The notes below the pieces were generated by a model. The model saw nothing but the letters and a program-made list of their open reading frames with translations, searched no databases and was not told the DNA's origin. A stretch of 64,000 nt of DNA from Ascidiella aspersa (lineage: Eukaryota): the NCBI GenBank assembly GCA_963924565.1, contig OZ004614.1:24118001-24182000 (forward strand), given 5' to 3'. Shown in pieces: positions 50,901-64,000 of this stretch (position 1 is the first letter of the stretch; every line of letters starts with the position of its first letter). The translations under genes were made by a program, and so were the position numbers.

Positions 50901-53900
50901 TATAGCTATGAAAACACATCTAAGGAGGAACTTCTCAACATGAAGGGAAAACATATGTTGATGAAATAAATTATTGAATTTAGATTTTTTTCAAGAATAA
51001 CGTAAAGGATTCACAATAGAAATATATCAGGTCATTGAAAAATATTTTTCTGTAGCAAATTGTTAACAATCCGTAGTCATTAAAATGTAGTGTAGCAATG
51101 GCGTAAAATATTTGTTAAATGGGGCTTTATACTTTGTTTATTCATTCAACAAGGTTTACCCATAATGATATATATTTGATATATTTGTATCAATCTTACC
51201 TCTAACTAGCAGTGTCTTTTCTACTGGGGTTATTATGCCGTCGCCCACTCTGTTGCTTGCATGACAAACGTAACTTCCACCGTCCGCTGGTGAATAAGTT
51301 GATTTAAATGTGATGACAGCAACAGTCTTGTAGATCATCTCATGAAATACTCTCTGATATACTTTAGCATCACTGCTTGTCGATACATTTTGTAAAGCTC
51401 TGTAGGAGAATTAAACATTACACACGCCCACGGCATATATAGTTGACAATGCTCAGTAATATAATCAATAGTCCAAAGCCATAGCTGTGAAGTCGGTTAA
51501 AGAAACGAGTCTGACTCGCTTGTCCCGAGTTCGACCCCGGCCTAATGTGCAATTTCGTCGAGTCCCGTGTCCGACTCCCACTGGAGCATTTCTTTTATTT
51601 GAGAACATTTGGTGGATATTCAGCAGTTCACTATATGTCATGAAATTCTTCCACCCACAATACATTATTGGAAGTTCTTCCACCATATACTATCCCACCT
51701 TTACAATTTATAGTTGCGGCCTTAACCGTTTGGAAATTTAGTAAAACGAATGCGCACGTCGGACTCGGCACTCTGGTAGTTGTAGGTAGTCTTATCGAGT
51801 TCTTTTTTGAAATTGTTTTTGAATTTAAGATTTTTTATTAAGCAGAACTTAACTTTTAAAATAGTCATTAGACGTTTTCAAGCATCAAACAAAATGTTTT
51901 AAATCATCTTGTTTACTTTAGAAGCAGTCCTGTGGAGTCGGGACTCGGGACTCGTTTAAGACTACTTCCTAGTCCAACGTACGCCTGCTCATTTGCACGT
52001 TTGTAATCGATAAGGCCGTAGACTGGAAATTGTAAAGGTGCAATAGCATAGAGTGGAATATTTTCCCACCACAGTGTGTGGGTCTATTGTTCGCATGACA
52101 ACTTTTCAAAGATAGCTGTATAAATGAATATGCACATAATTTGATTACGGGGAGGGTGGGATGCATGTTTGTGGAGTAGGAGCCGTATACAGGACTCAGA
52201 GTCTAATTTCGACTCGGACTCTGGTTCTTTTAAACCGTTTTAAAGGTCCTTCTTACAATAATTAAATATATTTTAACCTGTTTTTACTTTATAAATTGTG
52301 TTTTTAACTTATGTATGTCGTCTGCGCAAAGTTAGTTATTTTTTCCCACTTTGTCCAGTAAACATCTGGTGTTGGAAAGCCGTATGATGTACAATTGATT
52401 TGTTGCTGTTGACCGTCATTTAAGGAAGTTGTTGAGGACAAAAGATATATGTTGGCCTTCACTAAAAACATGATGAATCCAGTTAACGAGTATAACTTTT
52501 CGTCTTGCTACTGTGTCTTAACTTGAAACGCATACCTTGCAGTTGAAAGGTGGTTTGAACAGCATTAGCGTTATCGTTGTTGTTGCTTGCTGTGCATTTG
52601 TAAACCCCAACTTGCTCGATGCTTGCTGCGTTAAACTGGAGACGAGCAACCTGTTGGTTATGTGTAATGCTGTTTGTTGTTTGATATACTTGAGATGCCG
52701 TATTGGAGCTGACGGTTTCAGCGTTTCTGTAAAAAACAAATAGTTACAATTTTTGCAACAATAATATATTAGTTAAATATAATATGACCTGCTCCAGGTG
52801 ACTGTTGGGGTCCGCCATCCATAAGACACGCAATCCACATGGAAACTAGCTGGAAACATTGGGATCTTCCAAGGTGATGATGGGGAAAGTGAAACGTTGG
52901 CTCTAACTGAAAATATTTCAAATGTTTAACTTGCCGATACTTGGAACATTGTCAACTGCGAACTTCGATGAAATGATTAATGTTTGAACTAAACAGTTGA
53001 TTTATAAACATCACAACAGGCATTAACGAATAACAGTTTGGTGTTTAATACGTTTTCACATCAATAATATAATCAATCAATAACTGTAATGCAGTATATC
53101 ATAATGCTACAGCAAAAACATTTTTAAGCTGTAAAGATTGTTATGCAAATAGCTTCTCACTTTTTCTACTGCTTACGATTTTTACACTTACGAAGTATGC
53201 CATGAATACAGTATTTCTTGGTATTTAATATCAGTACGGTATGATGACTTACTTAACATTTCCAGAACAGTAAACTTCACTTTTCCTCCGTTTTGGGCGG
53301 TGCAAATATAACGTCCTACCACTTCTAACATTGCAACTGGAATGTGGAGTGTTGCGGTTGATTTGTATTTCGCAACTTCAGTCAAATTAGTTTGATAATA
53401 CGGATCGTTGTTGTTGGAGGAAACAATCGCACCGCTTGTTCTAAATTTAATTGTGTCCGTAAATTTAGTTACATTAATACAGACCAACACTTCAGTTTGA
53501 TAGAGGACTAACAAACCGAAACCAACCTCTTCCAATATACGTTGGGCGTGGGATAACCATAACTGGTGCAGCTTGATGTAATCGATTTATCGCCATAATT
53601 CGCGGTGATTACGTTCGATTTTGATAATGTCATGTTCGGTTGCACTGCAAAATGGTTTACAGAGGATTTGACAAAAAACAAATGACATGCGTAAAACTCA
53701 AGATTTTCTTTAAATATGGTATAATAATTATAAACCAGGATGTCTTTTCAACATTGCATCTATTACAGGACTTTTATCAATATAATTGTTGAGCCCATGT
53801 ATCCACAAAGCCTATTCTCTATTTTTGGATCCAATTTTTTAAATAAGAATAATCGTAGGGTAAACCAGTCGTCGGCAAACGTTATTTATCGCGACCAAAG

Positions 53901-56900
53901 GTGCTCTTTCACGAGCTATTCAAGGCCCACTACGTGAAACCACTACGACAACAGTGGTGGATCTAGAATTTTGTTAAGAAGTGCGTAGTATAGATTTAAG
54001 CACGAGATAAAGAAACATTTACACTCATAAATTTGTCTAAGGGTACAAATATAAAGGAACAAATCCATAGCCTTGTGGCCCTATAATGCAAAAATAAGTC
54101 TAAATGAAACTCTTGGCCACGCCATGATTGAAATGAATTAATATGGATGTACGGTATACGGCTATCACGCAGCCCACAACTACATGATAATTTTAAATAA
54201 TAAACGGTTGGTCGCGCTCCACTAAATATTGCTCGAAGATCCACTTAGTCTGCGGCCAACAGTCTGTCTCCAACTGACTTAAAACCTTAATTGTTATAAA
54301 TTGCGCAATATAAATCAGCCCTTTACCTGTAACAGTTAAGGTTCGTGTTTGTTCGCCTACGATCCAGTTTGCCGCAACTTTACAAACGTAGCTTCCACCA
54401 TCATGAACGTTAACAAGCCTGAAGTGTAGGGTTCGTCTCACGTGATATCCACTTGAAGATGTTGATTGGTAAACGTGGCGGGTTGTGTCCGTAGATACTA
54501 AAGAGCTCCCTCTGAACCAAAGTAAAATAATTATGTTATATTGCCATTGAGAAAGCAAACATACCCTTAAATTGGATACAATAACGTACTGTATCAGCTT
54601 TGGAGGGTGCTACACGCAAATGTGTCGATTTTTTTTTAAATTTTAGGTCGTTTTGTTTAAGCAAAAATAACATTATCGTGAAATTAAAAGATATAGTTAT
54701 GGGGTTCACTGGCCTTGTGCCTTCATGCTAATAAGTTTAAAACACTTTTAGTGAAATGAAACTGAGCTGCATGAATTCATTTCGCACACTAATTGCGCGC
54801 GTAACTTGGTCCAATTCCCGAGCGTTTTTTTTCCTGATATAAATGTAGACCTCGAAAAACGCTGCACACACCCACGTTTCCCTTTGGCAACAGTACACGC
54901 GCTATATTCTGAGAGAACAAAACGTCTTGAGACCTAATCTAACGGTTATTCGCGGTCAAATGGACTTTTGGCAGTATTATTTAATATATATGTCAATCCC
55001 AAACATACAATATAGTTTTCCATTATAGATGAACTGCAGCAATCATGTTAAACCAACCTCATCCAATCAACTTGTGGTATAGGGTTTCCTCTCGATTCGC
55101 AAATAACTTGTTGTGTTGTTCCATGCGCAAGGTTAATAGCGGTGGGTGAAATTGCTATCGTTGCCGTTACTGAAACCGGAAAATGATAAGTTGAAGGCCA
55201 CTAAGTGAGGTTAGTCGATGTTACAAAGGGAAATTTGTAAAGAGGCCCAAGACAATGCACATATAAAACGTGGTTGCTATAACAGAAAGTTAAATTCTAC
55301 CTATCAGCTTGTCGCTCACATATAACTGTACATTTTAAACCAAAAAGGGCAAAATATTCGATACATTACCTGCGGCTTCTTCAGTGGATGAACAGTACTT
55401 TGCACTTAGAAGTTCTAAGTTAGAACTGTCAAGGCGTTATAGGTAATGTAGTATCGGAGGCTTCTATTGTAGTGAGATTATCGAATATCAGCAACTGTAT
55501 GGTATTTAATTTGTATTTCATTTCACTCTACAAAAAATTGCTAGTTTCTACTTACCACGAATAGTAAGAGTCTTGCTTTTCACGTCACTTCCAGCCCAGT
55601 TGGTCGTCCTACATTCGTACAAACCCCCGTTCCCAGCGTCGTTGTTGATTCTAATGTGAAGATCAGAGTTGCCAGTTGATCCTCCGCTTGTTGTGGTTGA
55701 TACTTGATGAACTAAACTTGATGAACTGGAAGAAACCTCCGCGTTGTTCCTTGAAAGTATAAGGACGTACAATAATGAGCACTTTTTTATGTTTATTTTT
55801 TGATGAATTGCGCCTATGGTAAAACTGTTTCTTTTTTTGCCTATGGTATACAGTTTAATTTATAATATATATTTTGGTATTTCATTAGTTTGTTTTATTA
55901 TTCGTTTTATAGGACGAGGTTGTCTTCTGAAAATTAACATTATTGTTTTTCACTATTATGTAGATGTAGGCTTTGTAGGACATATTTTGATTTTCCAAAA
56001 TATTTAACCTTTGTTTTTTCTTGTTTAACTTAAAGTTGATAGTTCCAAATACTCGGACTTGAAAAGGTATCCCTAATCTCACACAAAAAGAAATATTGTT
56101 TATAAAAATACTTTTACATTAATAATTATTTTCATTTTAATTACTTATTTAAATTGGAATGGTAAAAACACCAACAATTAAAAGGAAGATTTGTTGGTCA
56201 TACCGTTACAACATGCTCAATTGCATGTGTTTAAAAACCTTCAAAACAAAACGAAGTCACATATAATGCCTACCCTACCTGAACCATCTGCACTGAGGCT
56301 GGTAATACCCCGAGCATGTGCATCTCACAGATGTCATTGAGTTTATGCTCATTACCAGTGTTGTAGATGTGAGATGCAATGCAGAGGAACCTAAAGCAAA
56401 AATAAATTGCAAACAGGAAACTACCCAACAACTTACACGGAATCTATTACACACCAACTATACTGATTAACAAATGCGTGCCTATAAAGATTATATTGTA
56501 ACTTTGAGTACAGAATAGCTTATTTTAGTTTTTTTAAATATGCCATAATTATATAAATTTTATTACCAACTACAAGCTTGACTGAAGCCACAATAGAACA
56601 GCTTCCAGCATTATTGCTTGCAGTGAACACGAAATCTCCGTTGTGTGACAAGGCGACAGGATTGATGACGTAAGTAAAGCTCGTTCCAACGAAATTACTT
56701 TCAACGTTGGTGTTTGTTCCACCATGAGCAACAACCACTTTCAGAGGTTCGTTGTAAAAGCCAGAGATGGTTCCTGTAAATGTCAAACTGCTTCCCAATG
56801 TTGGTGTGCTGGTTGATGACGTCACAGTCAAGTTGCGGGGAACTGCGTCGTTTAAATAGTATTTCATCATAATAAAGTTTCTCTTTACCATAATTTTTGT

Positions 56901-59900
56901 TTTTATTTTCTATGATATGGAATTGACGAACAGAATGTATTTTAAATGGACTGTAAAACTCAGGGCAATCCAAATTTGCCCTTGCAGAATCGATGGCATT
57001 CGAAAAATGAATCTTAACTACCATCGCTTCAAAAAACGTCTATATCATACATCAGAGGTTCCCAAACTGTTTAACGTGCGACATAAATTTAAATTTAGGG
57101 AACACCCGAGACCCAATTAAGACACGGAAACATACTATAAATTATACTGATTTACATTGAATTTGGTCTAAAACAAATATTTCCCTTTAATGAACAATAA
57201 CGGTATTTCAATACATACATGATTTATTAAAGAAAGAGACTTGAATACCCCAAAACTATTAATGATGCAACAATTCAGTTCATAAAGACGAAACCAAAGA
57301 AGTGTGTTTAATGCAATTATATATAAATTTACAACAGTCAAATATTTGTCAAATTTAAATTGAACCTGCGCGACCCAAATTTACCCTTAGCGACCCTTCT
57401 ATTTGGATGAGGGCCGAAAGCAGTGGTCGGCAAACTGTGTGCCGCGCTCGAAATGCGGGCCGAAGAGCCATTTATAGTCGGCCGCGAGTTACCTATTAAT
57501 AGCTTAGTGTTATCATGTAGTCGTGGGCAGCGTGATAGCCGTACATTCATTGTACTTTATTTTAAAAGTCGATGTGTCATAGAATTTTTAAATTGGCTCA
57601 GCTTGAAAAGGCCCACGTACCAAATGTGATCCTGTGAGCCTGTGGATTGTGTCAAACTATATTTTTTGTCAACTTTAACTATATGTAAACCCAAAATTTT
57701 TCGCGCATCGCGCGTATATCCTTCGTTCTGTAGCAGGGGCGGTCAACTTCTCCAGTCGGCGGGCCCGATGTGGGAAACTGAAGTACTTGGCGGGCCGGAT
57801 TCCTGATCGATATATTAATACTACTGCCATGACCTACATGTTTTGTCGCATGATGGCGGCTAATGTTCTGCTCTTTAAACACGACAATACTTTCATTGCC
57901 CTGCAAACAACTAATATTTTATTGCTGACTTGAAAAGGAACTTCGGCATCCAATATTTATTAAACTTTACGTTTCTCGGCACAATCCAAGGAATAATATT
58001 GATTTAAACTCTAAATCTAAATTTGGAACACAATAAGATCTAAAAATCAACAATACCTAAGGCAGAAAATCAATAATACCATAGTATTAACACCAACGAC
58101 ATAATAAAGCCAAACACGCAGTAATATCTACGACAGAATAATAACTACATCGTCTAAATAAGATACCAATCTGTCGAAGTAAGTCCTAAATTCTTTGGAA
58201 CAAGGCCTCTATGACCAAAATCACGCCTTAAACTGTGGGAGAAGGTATGGGACGATGGGGGCCATGGAATTGGCCGTTTTGGTTTTAAATTTTGGGCGCC
58301 CTGGTTTGAAGCCCCTGTTTTGACACCTGATTATCTGGCCCTGTTTGGGGTAATTGGTGGCTGGTGGGTAATGAGTGGGGTTAGAAAATGGGTTAGGGTT
58401 GAAATTATTAGTGGAGTTAGTGATGTACTTAGGGGTGAGGTTTGGGGTTAGGTAAAATGTTTTATAGGCCTGATTTAGGTATTATTCCGACGGGTTTATG
58501 ACTTATTCCGATTTAGACGGTTATAGGACTATTTGATATTAATACTATTTTGGTCTTATTCCGTACCGGTAATGTGTGCTATAGTTTTATTTCCGAACTG
58601 TGTGATATTGATGTTGTTCTTATTTCGATGTTATGGCTTGAGTCCTCTAATTTTAACCCAAAACAAAACCTAAAGAATAACTAACAATCATTATTATTTG
58701 ACGTAGTAAGAAAGTAATTGGGGATTGCGGTAAACTGTGGCCGCGGGTCCCATTATCATGTAAAACCGGAAACTGCGGGCTTCTCAAAATCCTATCGCGG
58801 GCCTGATCCGGCCCGCGGGCCGTATGTTGGCCGCCCCTGTTCTATAGTATGTTTTTCATAAGGCATGGCATTGTTTTTGCAATCAAGACGCTGTGTACTA
58901 TTTCACCTTAAAATCGAATATCCTGAATCCGCCACTGTTTTCATAGTGGTTTTATGTCGTAAGCCGTTAATAGCTCTGAAAACAGTACTTTGGGCCGTTA
59001 CAAAAAAATTTGCCGACCGCTGGACTAAAGGCTACTTTATTTAGAACCACTGTCGAATACAGAAATAATTAGTTTGCAAGCCGTCAGCATATTCTTCCGG
59101 ACCATCTTAAATCAAGCTAGTCAATAACTTTAAACTAAATGAATATGTTGCTGCTCCCAGCCACTGTTTCAATTCTACAATTGTCATTTCGGCAAAATTT
59201 AATTAAAGTTTTATTAATTTCTCATCAAAACTGTTTTATTATTTTCCAGTAGTAATGTTGTTAAATTACACTCACAAATTCCAAAATAGATTGTGTAACA
59301 GATACTTTTCTTTCAAGTTTGTACAGTTAGACCGATCAGACCAATTCACCTTGATATTCGCATATGTAGTACAATATTCCAGTGCACAACGCATCTCCCC
59401 ACTTCCAAGTGTAAGTAAAACTGCCTGATGAGCCGGATCGTGTTCCAGCAAACACCATACAAGTTCCACTGCCTGAAGGTCCACTTCCACTTGTCCATCC
59501 ATTGTATCCCGTTGTTGACCAAATGCTGCCTGATTAAACGAGTTGTGTTTGTTTTGTTTTTGACAGAATAATGTTTTCAAAGAGAAAACGTTGACACCCA
59601 TGAACTCTTATCACAATGACTTTGTTAGTTTGCTAAGCCAAAATAAACACAATTGAAAGAAAAGCAAATTCCCCTTTTGCAGAGCGACAGGTAGCATTAG
59701 GATTATCACACTTTTTTCTGGAGAACTGTAATGCCTGACTTTTGCGGCCGGGCATGATTTTTTCATACCTCATAAAATAGTTTATGTTAAACGAAGAATC
59801 TATATGTATATTATTTAATACAAATTCTCGAACTTTATAAAATTTTCGTTCAGTTTAATAATTCTTTCATCTATAATAGTTCGGATTTGCATCTGACAAC

Positions 59901-62900
59901 ATCTAAAGCGTTTTTTCACTCTATTTTCGCAAAAAAGACGCACACAGTAAACGCCGGCCCAACTAACTTTTTAAGTTGGAAGTTTCTAGCATTTGGTGCA
60001 TGAAAATTATGAGGGTCACATTGCTTAAAACATAAAGATCAATACAGACAGCGTCGGCAAAGCCTTTTGTTGATGTATGCCTACGGTATCCTGTATAATG
60101 AACCGCCCACATAACAGTAAATAAATCAACTATTTTATTAGACGTACTTCTTTTACCGAAACGTTGTTTCAGACCTTGGCTATGCACAACCAATCAACCA
60201 TATTACATCGAAATATATATTTCAACAAATTATTTTTGGTATACAAATTTCCCCGTAATAAAACTGATAGTTGTGACGACCTATGATTTGTTATATGTAG
60301 GGCCGAAAAAGTCAATAAAGTTAAATTTTTTTATGGACCTCCTCTGTCAACAAATCAAAGAATAAAGTTGTTTTTAGCACCTAGGGAACTGTTTCTAAGA
60401 AGTTTATAGGTCAAAATAAAGTTAAAATTTACAATAAAGTTGAATTTTTTTAATAAAGTCAAAATTTGTCAAATTATGGCTTTTGACAAAGTTTTTGTGT
60501 TTCTTTAGAGTAAATTTTGTAAAAATCGTCGTGGAAGCATTGTAAATCAGGAACTGCGACACAGATAAACCATATTAACCCATAAAAGCAAGAAAAATGA
60601 CCCAATGCCCACTTGGATCAGCAGTGAATTTTATTGCAAATTGTCCTTTTTTATTTATTGTTACGTATTTAAATAATTCTTATAAACACTTCATCTTCAT
60701 AAACGTGGTCTTTTCGAAGGTCAACAGTTTGGATCTTAGGAATAGCCTACTGACATTCTGTTATACAGTGGTTCCCAACGCATGAGTCGCGACCCAAAGT
60801 TGGGTCGCCTGATTATTTTTTGGGCCGCTTGTTTTTCAGGCATATTGTGTCTTAGGCGGAAAAATAACAGTAAAAAAATTGAAACGTGAAGAGACCACAT
60901 CACTGGAAATTATAAACACAACATTTGATAACTAAACAGCGAAACCGGCTGGAAGATAAAGCTGACATGCGTGACTGAGAGCAAGCGAGTACAACTATCT
61001 CATTAGTGATTTGATAAACATATTATTTTTGGAAAAAGTAACTGCTTTTGTAGTACAGTTTGTTTGCAACGCAATCTTGTATGATATTACGACAATTTGC
61101 TTGGGTCTCAAGAGTTTGTCAAATTAGTTTTTTTTTCAAAATGGGTCGCCTTGAAAACGTGTTGGGAACCACTGCTGTAATACCAAAATGCATAAGAAAG
61201 CTAAATCTATCGCAAAAAATCCCGTCGCACTTTATATAATCCATAAAACACCTTTAATTTTTGACAAAATTTACGTTTGGGTCTGAAATTTACAAAATAT
61301 TATTTTGGCTAACTGGCATTAATTCAAAAAAGAACTGTGGCCTCTACAAACAAGCAATTTTGTTAGGTTGAAATAAAGTTAAAATTTGACAATAAAGTTA
61401 AAAAAAATAAAAAAAAAATAAAATGGCCCTAGTTATGTGTAAACGTTTTGCTATAGGTATAATATTACCCAGAATAACTTCCCTGGTAATTATTTTTGTT
61501 CAGGGTTTTTGACACAAACTGCTACATATTTAAGTAGGCTACCGGTATTGAAAGTTTTTCACCCTTACAAAGGCGACCTGAATAGGTAGGTTGTCCAAAC
61601 TTTGAATATCAAAAATGTTTACCAGATAAGCTATTTTGGAGACCTTAAGTAATATGTGCACATTATGTAAAACAATATTTCACGATTTTATTTAAAATTC
61701 ATTAATCTTGAATAACATGCTCAACCGATAAGTAAGTTAAACGTGCAACAATTCTAGGTTGATTTCTTTTGGCAAGACAATTACCAGATTTTGTTGAAAA
61801 TATTGTTCCATCTGGCCACTTAAAGTTGTTTTCAGCACGTTCCCCACCGATGTAAGCATCTGGCACAAATATTTGTTCTAACACTTGCAATAAACAATGT
61901 AGGCATAATGTCGATGTTTGTTATATACTTACAGACTTCGCTACCTCCAGTCCACCCGTTTCCAACCTTGTTGCTTGCGAGAGTGCTGAGATGTTTTTGT
62001 GTTGCTTCGTCAGGAATACTTGCCAAGTTACCACCTCCAGCAATGCAAGCTGACTTGACGTTGGCTTGATATGCCTTGCTGCTTGAAAGCACGAAGTTTT
62101 TTCCCTTGCATGTTGTAGCGCCTATAACAGCACATTATGCTCTACGCTGGATTTGAGTTCATTTTTCCAAACAAATCGAATTGTATATAGAAGGTTTTAA
62201 CCAAAATTAAATTCGACGATTGTCAAAAATGTGATGCCATTTGACAAAACCTTCAATAAAATGCGCGAAATACAAAAATCGAACCACATGTATTTCAATT
62301 AATACAACTACAGCATATTGACCAATAAACAATTGCACCGCAACCTCTTTTCACTTGCGGCAAACCAACAGAACTATAAAAATTCGACGGCACACCTTTA
62401 TAAAAAAAACAAATATCCTAGGCTGCTCAAAAAAAGTAGCTAGTTATGATTAAAGGCGCAGGAAATTTGACGTTTTACATTATTTTTATAAATCCTCAAT
62501 ATGACCTAAGGCTTATACGAAATTGTACCCCTTGTTATCCCGGACAAGGAATTTATGAGGGCTTTTATAGCATATTCGAAAAACGCCCCTGACAATTCAG
62601 CTTACGTTTTGACAATTATTTTTGGAGCAGCAGCCAAGATTTATTTCATCAAATAGAAATGCCAATAGAGTTGAAAAACAATTGCTGCATATTTATACTC
62701 CTGACACCTGGCATGGGCTCACTGGTTGCGGAGCACTACGATAAACAAGTGACTTCCGCATGGAAAAAATGCACCAATTTGAAGCATTTTTTGTTTTTTA
62801 TGAAGAGTGCGTGTTTTTCGGAGATAAATAGTGTCGTCTATGAAACTGCTGATTATCATGTTGGTTTAGCATGGTCGTATGCTTTTTTCTTGCATACCAA

Positions 62901-63323
62901 ACAAACTTTTCGATTACATGAATTTGTATCACGATAAACCAAAATATGTTTAGTTCACTCTGTATTGAACTTGCAAGTTGCAACTGTGACAAATGAATAC
63001 TTATTAAAATAATAATTTAAATCGAGTGTTGCTTATTAAGCAGTATTACATAAACAATCGACGTTTCGACTTCCTATACAGAACGTCTTCATCAGGATAC
63101 TGACATATCACGCAAAACAGATTCCTTACAAAAAACGTCGATTGATTATATATTACTGCTAGATGAGCAACAATTTATATATTAGGCATGGCAGCAATAG
63201 CTTATTTCAATAAATTAAACGTTGTTGAAAACTTTGGTAGAAAATACAATAATACAAACCTGTTTTGTCGATTCCAACGGCCGTTACCAATATCAAAGAT
63301 AAGATAAACATCGGGTAAAACAT
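47912..63323 (-). CDS. Receptor copy C (intact, ~1298 aa): SP-CTLD-7xIg-CTLD-like-FN3-like-TM-Tyr-rich tail
   Basis: 24 GT-AG exons with continuous phase: 63323-63260, 62121-61933, 61859-61785, 59529-59350, 56842-56567, 56390-56279, 55749-55556, 55169-55058, 54511-54327, 53644-53527, 53440-53253, 52906-52789, 52726-52536, 52461-52350, 51399-51200, 50720-50424, 50066-49911, 49845-49738, 49626-49406, 49290-49123, 49059-48870, 48584-48485, 48391-48330, 48192-47912 (3897 nt). Signal peptide MFYPMFILSLILVTAVG; CTLD motifs C..GGNLASI, YIGG, FKWPDG, WKWGDALC..YYICE; Ig motifs such as C.S.G.P.P.V.W and DGGSYVC; TM IGVSCAVIILIGVAILVYI followed by KRR. Confidence 0.85.
57734..58839. mobile_element. Nested hAT-type MITE
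   Basis: TIR CAGGGGCGGTCAAC / GTTGGCCGCCCCTG; TSD TTCTGTAG / TTCTATAG. Confidence 0.75.
58025..58645. mobile_element. Innermost non-autonomous DNA element (GG...CC ends; family also at 30939-31392)
   Basis: Starts GGAACACAATAAGA, ends TTATGGCTTGAGTCC; subterminal repeats; similar to 30939-31392. Confidence 0.6.
60298..61431. mobile_element. TAGGG-ended hAT-like element in intron 3 of receptor C
   Basis: TAGGGCC...GGCCCTA; TSD GTTATATG / GTTATGTG; AATAAAGT subterminal repeats; absent in A and B. Confidence 0.75.
60766..61174. mobile_element. Nested hAT/Charlie-type MITE
   Basis: TIR CAGTGGTTCCCAAC / GTTGGGAACCACTG; TSD CTGTTATA / CTGTAATA. Confidence 0.8.
63027..63172 (-). mobile_element. 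Hammerhead-like (Penelope-type) motif with inverted repeat, intron 1 of receptor C
   Basis: Paralog of 34148-34293; CTGATGAAGACGTTC..GAAGTCGAAAC starting at 63095. Confidence 0.55.
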
Positions 63324-64000
63324 GGAGGAAACTTTTCGATGAGAAAGCTTCAACTCTTTAAGTCCTGGCAGCTCCGAAACAAACTAAACTTCTGACCATC
63401 AGTTAATTTGGGCAAAGCATATAGCAGGTGGTGATACGTAGGTGGACAAACAGGCGTTTTAAATATAAGTGTTTTAAAGTGTCTTGTATGACTCGAACAA
63501 AACCGAAGAACGGCGTTTACCAAGTATTTGCCCCTCGTATAATTTTAATATCAGTTACTTATTATGACTTATTATACATATAAAGTAAGGGTATTGTAGC
63601 GCACGGCTGTTTACCGACTAAGAGATTTTGTGTTTATTGTGCAATTTACGCTGTAACGGCTTATGCCCCAGATTTGTTGTTTACTCGCACCAAAGTGTAA
63701 ATGCTAAATGTGCTGTTCTGCGATTATCTCGGCGGCAGTTTGATTGTCTGTGGCTACTTAAGGTTGCTATCCGCTTGTAAACAGGACCTCTTCTCAGTTA
63801 ACGTGTTGTGCGGTTGACAGCGCTGTGCTGTTCACAGCATAATTTTGTTCCAACTTCATTAATTTAGTTTTTGTTAATCAAAGAAACGATATGTATATTA
63901 TTTAATAAAAAATGTCATGAACTTTATGAAATTGTCGTTCAGTTTAATAGTTTCTTTTAAATAGTTTGAATTTGTGTTCGACACTGGTACAACCGTTTAA

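Larger units (their letters stand above)
57421..59022. mobile_element. hAT-type MITE in intron 4 of receptor C, expanded by nested insertions
   Basis: TIR CAGTGGTCGGCAAA / TTTGCCGACCGCTG; 8-bp TSD GCCGAAAG / GACTAAAG. Confidence 0.7.
35220..63590. repeat. Tandem segmental duplication unit 2 (peptide gene + receptor C)
   Basis: Paralogous to unit 1. Positions 1-4500 are the end of a third unit. Boundaries are approximate. Confidence 0.85.

Noticed and set aside
58370-58455. Telomere-like GGGTTA motifs
   Set aside because: A few degenerate copies inside a mobile element, not a telomeric array.

Overview
AT-rich, intron-containing eukaryotic (animal) DNA; an ascidian/tunicate origin is inferred but not proven. 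The window is a head-to-tail tandem array of an approximately 29-kb unit, seen about 2.2 times, with every gene on the minus strand. Each complete unit holds two genes. (1) A 24-exon type-I membrane receptor of about 1,300 aa: signal peptide - C-type lectin domain (CTLD) - 7 Ig domains - degenerate second CTLD - FN3-like region - TM - Tyr-rich tail. Copy A (4017 to <1) is truncated by the window edge, copy B (34437-19066) has a poly-A frameshift just before the TM exon, and copy C (63323-47912) is intact. (2) A 66-aa secreted precursor with three coding exons: signal peptide + GRRRRVFGGRRRRWCTGTWC + acidic propiece, which looks like an antimicrobial peptide precursor (12381-11145 and 42566-41341). 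The lectin loops are hypervariable between receptor copies while the signalling tail is almost invariant. Introns and spacers carry many hAT-type MITEs (some nested), four hammerhead-like (Penelope-type) motifs, a decayed duplicate exon and probable decayed lectin fragments. Gene models were built by hand from GT-AG sites and phase continuity; no database searches were possible.
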